Source of the DNA: Octopus vulgaris
Taxonomy: Eukaryota
Length of the DNA stretch: 64,000 bases
Assembly (NCBI GenBank): GCA_951406725.2
Contig: OX597823.1
Location: 44,888,001 to 44,952,000 of the forward strand
Reading direction: 5' to 3'
Shown piece by piece: positions 54,128 to 64,000 of the stretch (its first letter is position 1; each line of letters opens with the position of its first letter). The notes below the pieces were generated by a model. It was not told where the DNA came from, searched no databases, and saw only the letters and a list, made by a program, of their open reading frames with translations. The position numbers and the translations under genes are program-made.

Positions 54128-54724
54128 TGATGAGGATCAAAGAATGAGCAGATAGGAACAGCAAGATAATCACCATAAATATGACAAACATCATTAACTG
54201 TAACATAATTAAACCCTAGCAAACTAAACCACAAACAGAGACAAATCACAAGAATGGAAGATGGTTATGATAACACTGATTGATGGAATTTGTTTCAAAA
54301 CATGTCTCAAAGACATCAGTTCTAACCAGAGAATACACAACAATAACAAAATTACTAAAATAAAAAAAAAATAAAAAATGCCTTCTATTTATCAAGAAAG
54401 TTCACAAGGTTTTCTATAGCACACATATTTAATCTTTTAGGATTCAGATTTTCAGATTAACCTTCACCAAAGGATTAAAAATAATCTCTTCTAATCTATG
54501 GTTGCTAAAAGTAGGTGTGTGTGTGAGTGTGTAAATGTTGCTGAGAAGTTGTGTGCCATATAGACTGTGAGGCAAACCAGGAAGCATAGCTTGTATTGGA
54601 AAATATTATATAACTACTCCTTGCTTATATATATGATATATATGTATATGACATATAATAAATATATATATATATATACCCTCATCATTCAACCTCTGTG
54701 TTCCATGCAAGCAAGGGTGCAACT

Positions 54725-55228
<504 letters not shown>

Positions 55229-55268
55229 AATATATATATATCAAATATGTATATATATATATATAAAC

Positions 55269-55300
<32 letters not shown>

Positions 55301-57538
55301 TATATAATATATCATCATTGTTTAACATCTGTTTTCCATGCTGGCATCAGTTGGACGGTTTGACTGGAGACTGACAAGCCAGGAGGCTACGCTAGGCTCT
55401 TATCTGATCTGGGAATGTTTCTGCAGCTGGATGCCCTTCCTAAAGCCAACCGCTCCAAGAGTGTAGTGGGGGCTTTTTACATGCCACCGGCATGGGAGGC
55501 AGTCAAGTCTTTGGTTGGCCCAAGGCTACAGAAGAAAACACATGCTCAAGGTGCCACACAATGCAACTGAAACCATAACCATGTGGTTGGGAAGCAAACT
55601 TCTTACCACACCACTACACCTTCGTTACATTTGCTTCATTGCTGGTGCCACGTAAAAAAGCACAGGTGCTGGTGCAAAGTAAAAAGCAGCCAGTACACTT
55701 TGTAAAGTGGTTGGCATTAGGAAGGACATCCAGCCTAGAAACTATGCCAAAACATACAAGTGGAGCCTGGTGCAGTTCGCCAGCTTGCTAGCTCCTGTCA
55801 ACCTGTCCAACCCATGCCAGCATGGAAAATGGAGTGAATCGCATTTATGTTCTTTACTTGTTTATTTGCAACAGATAGGGGTCCAGGTTCTATTTCTAAT
55901 TGTTTTGTGACTGCCAAATATTCCTGCTACTACATCCATATACATATGTATATGGATGCAGCTACATTCATCATCATCATCATCATTTAACATCCACTCT
56001 CCATGCCAGCATGGGTCAGACGGTTTCACTGGAACTGATGAACCAGAGAGCTGCACCAGGTCCTGGTCTGATTTGGTATGTTTTCTACAGCAGGATACCC
56101 TTCATAGCGCCAACCCCTCCAGGCATGTAATGGCACCATCGATGACCATAACTACGATACACAAGTGCCATTTACATGGCACCTTCAACAACCATGATTA
56201 CAATGCATGGGTGTCATTTACATGGCACTGGCAACAAACAATTATGACTATGATTCACGGGTGCCATTTATATGGCACATTCATGCTCTTGTTACTGGCT
56301 TGTACATGTGCCTTGTGTGTGCTTCATCATCATCGTTTAATGCCCGCTTTCTATGGATGATTTGACTGAGGACTGGCGAACCAGATGGCTGCACCAGGCT
56401 CCAATTTGATCTGGCAGAGTTTCTACAGCTGGATGCCCTTCCTAATGCCAACCACTCCGAGAGTGTAGTGGGTGCTTTTACGTGCCACCACCAGTCATGC
56501 GGTACTGGCAACGGTCACGCACAAATGGTATTTTTTACATGCCACCTGCACAGGAGCCAGTCCAGAGGCACTGGCAATGACCTCGCTCAAATGTCTTTTC
56601 ATGTGCCAGTAAGGCAATATATGTATATGAACATTCACTTTGTATCCAAGTATGTGAACATCCTGTTGTGTTTTAATTATTTCTGTTCACTTTGCCCTTC
56701 CCCTACTTCTAGTCCCTTTCATTTTTCAAAGCTCATCATGCCTCTTTCCTACTACTGCCAACCCCTTTTCAATAAACTTGCTTCTTGCAACTAACTTATG
56801 CCACTCCTTCCCTTATGGAGAGAGTGAAACAGCGTAATAATGGGTGAAGACTTGTTCATAAACTTTATAAGTTCCTTATTTAGGAGATCTGAATCATGTC
56901 TGTGAATGTGTATCAGTTTCCCTGGTTTATACACAATACTCTTAGACAGGTCACAAATGTACTTTGTAAAGTATAGTAGCTGTTTAAAGATAAAGTAATT
57001 TCCAGCCTTGATGAGGAGATCTAACATTTGAGAAACAGCAAGGCCTATATTCTATTGTAAGCTTGAGGCTTTCAGTTGTGTGGTGTTTGAGTTAGGAGAG
57101 TGTAAGTTTGCAAACTGGTTTCCTTAATAAGTGTAGTGAGTGTTTTTTTTTTTTTCTGTTCTCTTGATGGTAGTTATGTTGCCATATCCTGCTTATAAGA
57201 AAGAAAAGTATGGTTGGTTAGAGATCAGATAGGAAGAGGGAGAAAATTGAGGAAATAACACTAGGTTAATAGAATGTAGGTCAGAGAGAGTTCCAATGCT
57301 ACAGTATGTGAGTTTGTTTAGGTGTTTTGTTGGACAAATATATGGAAAGAGTTGTGTATAAAAGTGCATCTTTATTATGTGGCTATATAAACATACAATT
57401 AAATTATGGGTCTAGCTGCAGGAAGTATAACATGATACAAAGGCTGAAAGAATAAAGAAATGAAATGCTCAGTACTATATGTGCATGTGTTATATACTGA
57501 TAAAATGGTTTCAAAATCAGTTTACAGACAAAGGATAT

Positions 57539-57708
57539 CTATCGTTTCTTCCAGGTCTTCAAGGTCCCATTCAATACTACGAAGGCTGTTGCGCAGTTCA
57601 TTGGTTGTCCAATCGAGTTCCTCCTTTGTAATGGAGCCAAGATCTTCCTGCAGCTCACACCATCTCATGTATAAACCCTGTGCAGTGTGAACTGCTTTCT
57701 GCACTTCA
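57539..57708 (-). CDS. STX6: Syntaxin-6 exon 2 (Habc N-terminal domain), 170 bp
   Basis: Acceptor ttgtcattgcAG|T GAA GTG. It translates [56 protein letters not shown], the syntaxin-6 N-terminal signature. It is followed by the U12-type donor G|ATATCCTTT. Confidence 0.93.
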
Positions 57709-58307
57709 CTGCAATGACAAGGTGAAAGAAATTCAAAATTAGATTAGTTTATAAATGTTTAATGATACATGTCATTTAGTCTATTTAAAAAGAAATCTAT
57801 CAATCCATAGGTATAAAGCATACAGAACATATACATACACTATTCAACTTTAATTTTCAGGATCAAACTAATGATATTCTAAAATGATAACCAATTATAA
57901 TGTAATAAAAACTCATTCAACAACATAAAGAACCTAACTACTCAGTTTTTAGTTCTATAAATCACCACCGAATTGGTTAATCATTTGGTTTCTCCAATGC
58001 TAATTCCTCTTCAGATGTATTAAGTGTAAGTAAATAAACTTGTTCAAGTTGTCTTTCCTGATCTTTTCCCCTCCTTAGGAAGATTTGTGCATAGAAGTAC
58101 AGCAAAGTAAAATCGAATCTTGGGCAAAACTAGTGAAAGCTAGTTAGTAAAACAGGTTTAATTCCTTATTAAATCATTTCACATATTCTGTATTTTAAAT
58201 AGCCTGGAGAAGTATAGACTCTGCCAGCAGGCGAACTTGGCTATGACATATAACATTAAGGCAAAGCCTTTAATAGTAATCCAGCATTTCCATGTATATG
58301 TGTGTCC

Positions 58308-58338
<31 letters not shown>

Positions 58339-58489
58339 GAGAGAGAGAGTAAAAGCACATAAAATAAGTACTGTTCCGCAAACAAGCCTCAGCTTATCTT
58401 ATACGTTAATATAAACACAATGAGAATTGGAGCCTGAAGGGAAAGAAGTAGATATATTTAGATAGAGATTGTCTCTTGACATGTGTTGT

Positions 58490-61400
58490 GAGCAGAAAGT
58501 AAAGAGGAGCTTTAAAACATCAGCCAATATCACCACCATAAAGGGATCCAATATATAAAATCTGAAAGTTCTAGCATGATAGGTTAAATGCAGAAAAGAA
58601 ATACATAGTAAAATTGGAGTATATAGGATAATGGTTTAATAATGTTATTGAGGCTAAAGTTAGAAAATATGACAGATTCTGTGATTTCAATATGTGACCT
58701 ATAAATAAATTTACTAGTGGAGTGTGTTGAGTGTTGCAGATAGGTTAATCACGTTGCATGACTGAGTATGTATCACATTGAGAATCAAAGACACTTTCAC
58801 ATTAGATGACTGGGTATATAATAAGTAGAGTCAGTAAGTGTTAAATAAATAAATACAGAGGTCTATAGATTTAGGCATACAGGTCAAGGACTGACAGGTT
58901 ATGTCTGCATTTATGAACTTGTATATTTCATGATTTGTCATGGTGCACACATGTATGTTATGGTGTACATATGTGTCCTGTTGTGTTTTGTCAAAGATAG
59001 CATCAAACTGAATATTTAAATGTATAATATGTGAGAGTTGATAAGTCTTTTGGGTAAAGTCCTATGTCTAAACGTAAGACTGTGTGTTTATAGAAAATAT
59101 TTGACTGGGCCATTTTTTCCTTTTCTTATCAATGTCTATATGTGTGATTTTGTATATCTGTGTATTTGTATGCATCATAGTGTGTGCGTGTGTGTGCATG
59201 CATGCATATGTGTGTGTGTGTTGTGATGGGTCTCACTTTGAAAAAGATGATTTCACTGTTAATAATGACAAAATAGAAGAGTGGAGAGCAATAACAAAAT
59301 GATTCGAAATCTCAATGTTTCACAAGCAAATAGTTAAGAAGAGAGGGTGAGTGCTAGAATTGTATCAATCACCAGCCTCATTAATTAGTCAACACGTGCT
59401 GTACCAATGAACAAAACCTAATGTTTCCTTACAGATTAGAAAGTGTTTAAGAAGTCTAATGATAGTTCCAAACTTTCAGCAGGAAACACTAGTTTGCATC
59501 AGTGAAACAGTAAATCAACTGGCAAGTGAGTTAGTGTAGTTGCTTGCCGGCTGATGTCATAGGTTACTGAAGTATTTTATGAAATATGGAGTAATGTAGT
59601 GATGCGGTTTAGCCAGTCAACTCCATCAAAATTATCTTTGCTTTTTCTCCCCAAAAGACTCTTAAGACTAAATGTAGTATTCTCAAAAGTCAGCTGGGTG
59701 TGATTAGAATTGAATATGGCTGCTAACCTAAGCAGATCAAATAACCATGAAGAAATTCCATCTTTGGCTCTAGTTGTATGTAATGTATAGTAGTGCTTGG
59801 GAAGGCTTCAGCATTTTCCAGCATTAAATAGATTTTATATTTGAAGACCACAATATAATCTTAAGATTTTCAGGTCAACTATTTAATTCTTTACTCTCAT
59901 AGAAGGTCTGTATTTCTAGACCTGGAAACATGAGATGGTCAGAACGTTACAGAACAATTAAGCATATTTTAAGGATAAGATAGACTGTTGATAGAGCTCA
60001 ACCTCAGTTATTAACCCCAAAACTTGCATATAAGCGAATGGTAATCAGTCATTTTTTTTTGGCAGCATTTATCAGTTGACAGATATTTATACCAAAGATA
60101 GAAGATATTTGGTTAGGATATTCAAAAGACAGTGCAGCAGTATGGTTACAGTTGAACAATTGAAACTATCAAAGAGAAAGTTCAAAGAAGTATGTGTGAA
60201 ACACATGTGAAAGAGGTAAACATATGGGGCAAAGGAGAGAAGCCACCATATCTGCAAACTGAGCAAGGTAGGTTACATGGTAGTGGAATGGTACAGTATA
60301 TCGAACCGTAAAGAGGAGAAAGTAAAGAGCAGAAAGTAAAGAGGAGCTTTAAAACATCAGCCAATATCACCACCATAAAGGGATCCAATATATAAAATCT
60401 GAAAGTTCTAGCATGATAGGTTAAATGCAGAAAAGAAATACATAGTAAAATTGGAGTATATAGGATAATGGTTTAATAATGTTATTGAGGCTAAAGTTAG
60501 AAAATATGACAGATTCTGTGATTTCAATATGTGACCTATAAATAAATTTACTAGTGGAGTGTGTTGAGTGTTGCAGATAGGTTAATCACGTTGCATGACT
60601 GAGTATGTATCACATTGAGAATCAAAGACACTTTCACATTAGATGACTGGGTATATAATAAGTAGAGTCAGTAAGTGTTAAATAAATAAATACAGAGGTC
60701 TATAGATTTAGGCATACAGGTCAAGGACTGACAGGTTATGTCTGCATTTATGAACTTGTATATTTCATGATTTGTCATGGTGCACACATGTATGTTATGG
60801 TGTACATATGTGTCCTGTTGTGTTTTGTCAAAGATAGCATCAAACTGAATATTTAAATGTATAATATGTGAGAGTTGATAAGTCTTTTGGGTAAAGTCCT
60901 ATGTCTAAACGTAAGACTGTGTGTTTATAGAAAATATTTGACTGGGCCATTTTTTCCTTTTCTTATCAATGTCTATATGTGTGATTTTGTATATCTGTGT
61001 ATTTGTATGCATCATAGTGTGTGCGTGTGTGTGCATGCATGCATATGTGTGTGTGTGTCTGTGATGGGTCTCACTTTGAAAAAGATGATTTCACTGTTAA
61101 TAATGACAAAATAGAAGAGTGGAGAGCAATAACAAAATGATTCGAAATCTCAATGTTTCACAAGCAAATAGTTAAGAAGAGAGGGTGAGTGCTAGAATTG
61201 TATCAATCACCAGCCTCATTAATTAGTCAACACGTGCTGTACCAATGAACAAAACCTAATGTTTCCTTACAGATTAGAAAGTGTTTAAGAAGTCTAATGA
61301 TAGTTCCAAACTTTCAGCAGGAAACACTAGTTTGCATCAGTGAAACAGTAAATCAACTGGCAAGTGAGTTAGTGTAGTTGCTTGCCGGCTGATGTCATAG

Positions 61401-62148
61401 GTTACTGAAGTATTTTATGAAATATGGAGTAATGTAGTGATGCGGTTTAGCCAGTCAACTCCATCAAAATTATCTTTGCTTTTTCTCCCCAAAAGACTCT
61501 TAAGACTAAATGTAGTATTCTCAAAAGTCAGCTGGGTGTGATTAGAATTGAATATGGCTGCTAACCTAAGCAGATCAAATAACCATGAAGAAATTCCATC
61601 TTTGGCTCTAGTTGTATGTAATGTATAGTAGTGCTTGGGAAGGCTTCAGCATTTTCCAGCATTAAATAGATTTTATATTTGAAGACCACAATATAATCTT
61701 AAGATTTTCAGGTCAACTATTTAATTCTTTACTCTCATAGAAGGTCTGTATTTCTAGACCTGGAAACATGAGATGGTCAGAACGTTACAGAACAATTAAG
61801 CATATTTTAAGGATAAGATAGACTGTTGATAGAGCTCAACCTCAGTTATTAACCCCAAAACTTGCATATAAGCGAATGGTAATCAGTCATTTATTTTTGG
61901 CAGCATTTATCAGTTGACAGATATTTATACCAAAGATAGAAGATATTTGGTTAGGATATTCAAAAGACAGTGCAGCAGTATGGTTACAGTTGAACAATTG
62001 AAACTATCAAAGAGAAAGTTCAAAGAAGTATGTGTGAAACACATGTGAAAGAGGTAAACATATGGGGCAAAGGAGAGAAGCCACCATATCTGCAAACTGA
62101 GCAAGGTAGGTTACATGGTAGTGGAATGGTACAGTATATCGAACCGTA
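58490..62148. repeat. Direct tandem duplication of about 1.82 kb (58490-60310 and 60327-62148)
   Basis: The two copies are nearly identical; by eye there is one 1-bp indel and one substitution. The ORF track shows the duplicated ORFs 59038 and 60875. Confidence 0.95.
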
Positions 62149-62149
62149 T

Positions 62150-62510
62150 AAGGTAAGAAAGAGAGCTAGAATGGTGGAAGAAAGGGGAGAGCAAGGAGTA
62201 ATATCAGTAGCAAGAAAAGAAAACAGATGTCAGGTATACTTAGCAAGAAGAGAAGCTGAAAGTAAGAGGTTTACCAATGTTCTGTGACATGAGGGTCAGA
62301 AGCATGATGTATTCCAGATTGAAAAGTACTGTGTCAAAATGAATTAGGGTGTTGAAAGTGAAAACTATTAATTCTCACCGATACCAAGATGAAAAAGGCA
62401 TAAAAATGCTATCATGAGACATTGCTAAATGGAAAGAATATATGGTGGGGGGGGGACTACTTCAAGTAAACCCTACAGAGAGAGACCATTATCAAAATTA
62501 ACAGCTAAAA
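62150..62510 (+). mobile_element. Highly decayed LINE ORF fragment
   Basis: RCQVYLARREAESKRFTNVL*...VFQI resembles the linker between endonuclease and RT in RTE elements (recalled similarity only). Confidence 0.4.
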
Positions 62511-64000
62511 TGATGAAATAAATACACCCTACCACACACAGATACTTCTACACATATATGCGTGCATGAGTGTGGGCATAATTTTCATTTTATACATGTG
62601 CGTGTCTCATTGGTTTTGCATCAGTTTTTCAATTTCCCAAACTACACAGAAAACTCATTTCACTTCAAATTAAGTATATCCTAATCAATTCTGCAGTTAT
62701 TTACCATAAGAAAACAATTTTCCATCTGATGTTAGTACAATTCCATGCTTAGGTTTACTTTGAAAGACAGTTATATTCCTTCCTTCCTTGAGCTGATATT
62801 GCGTGCATGTACAGTCATCTATGTATTTTATGCATGTACAACATGCAAGCAACTGAATCGCTAAAGCTTAACTACATGGAATACATAGGCACTGACAAAT
62901 CAGTTACCTTCAACATACAACACACACATGTGCTGCATGCAAACACACAGGTGTGTATATATTTAAAAACTATATTAGCCTGTATTATCATGTGAGCGTT
63001 TATGTATGAATCAATATCTGCAATATATGTAAATATATGTAAGTGTACATGAGTACACGGGTTTAATATATGTGCATGAGAATATGGGTTTAATATATGT
63101 ACATACATGTAGTGCCCAAGTAGGTGTACATTAATTTAGTCATTAAAGAATATATAGAAATTCATTTATTTGCACAAGCATTACACCCACACACTCTCAA
63201 ATGTGATAGGGATGAAGAAGTCATCATTATATACATATGCTGATACAAACATAAACCCTTATTAACAAACTGGATTAGTATCCATACTAGCAAACTCACT
63301 TGGTAATAGTATGGTCACTGGCATGGAAACAGCTATAGATTTGATTTATTTGTATAAACACAACTAATGTAAATGTATAAATGAAATGTATTAATACTCT
63401 CAAACATGTAAGATGAAACTTCAATCCTTGGTTATTTAGAAAACATGCAAACTTAAATAATAAAATATATAATCATGTAACTAACCTCCCCACTTCTGAA
63501 AATTACTGGCTTTGTACCAACATTTAAAACCATTATTATTACTGTTACCTTAATTTATTGTGATATTATCAGGTCTGTAAGCATAGCGCAGATGGTAATG
63601 CACTCAGGAGCAATTAATTTCACTGATTAATAACCAAGTTCAAATCATGCCATCAGCTTTGACACTGCATTTTACAGTTGCTCAATCTGGAGAGGGTAGT
63701 GTTCTCTACTTTGCCAAAGGAAACTTGTCCATATGTTTGCATTTGCTGAAAATTTCTTATCTAGAATTCAGTAGTGCAGTGAAATTCTTAGATCTAAAAA
63801 CTATATGCGATCTTTCAGCTTTACATTGGAGAACAACATCCTCTCCAAACCGAACAGACTTTAGACCGCTTCCAATGATTCTGCACCATCTAGCTTTATG
63901 ACTCTATGGTCAAAGGGAACATGACTCTATTTTTTTTGTTTTTGTCTTTTTCTTTTCTTTTTCTATTTTTCTTAACCATTCCAATTCTTGAACCCACTTT

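Noticed and set aside
60182-60388. ORF beginning DPFMVV, resembling the STX6 N-terminus (EDPFFVV), as a candidate exon 1; also present in the other duplicate copy near 58540
   Set aside because: There is no ATG at the expected position (the start is TTG) and no phase-2 GT donor after the motif. This is probably chance, and exon 1 likely lies beyond the window.
63581-63660. tRNA-like boxes (TAGCGCAGATGG ... AGTTCAAATC)
   Set aside because: No convincing cloverleaf or acceptor stem. More likely a decayed SINE head.

Overview
This is AT-rich, repeat-dense eukaryotic genomic DNA. The SINE, LINE and microsatellite landscape resembles that of an octopus or other coleoid cephalopod (inference from recalled repeat families, not a database result). 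Two convergent spliced genes are present. On + lie the last two exons of the selenocysteine-specific elongation factor EEFSEC (2386-3070, 8259-8419). On - lie seven exons of syntaxin-6, STX6 (57708 down to the stop at 19346); the first exon was not found in the window. The rest is intron or intergenic DNA filled with tRNA-derived SINEs, decayed RTE-type LINEs, mariner relics, TTAA-flanked MITEs, foldbacks with hammerhead-like cores, and microsatellites. The most notable signal is the 20.7-kb STX6 intron 57538-36854. It has a minor-spliceosome (U12) donor, ATATCCTTT, and a U12-like branch site, and it keeps the reading frame only if it ends in a non-canonical AA; the adjacent AG gives a frameshift. 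Also notable are a near-perfect 1.82-kb tandem duplication with a templated-insertion junction, and a perfect 56-bp palindrome containing a hammerhead-like motif. Most short ORFs in the track are spurious or transposon-derived. Repeat boundaries are read by eye and are approximate.
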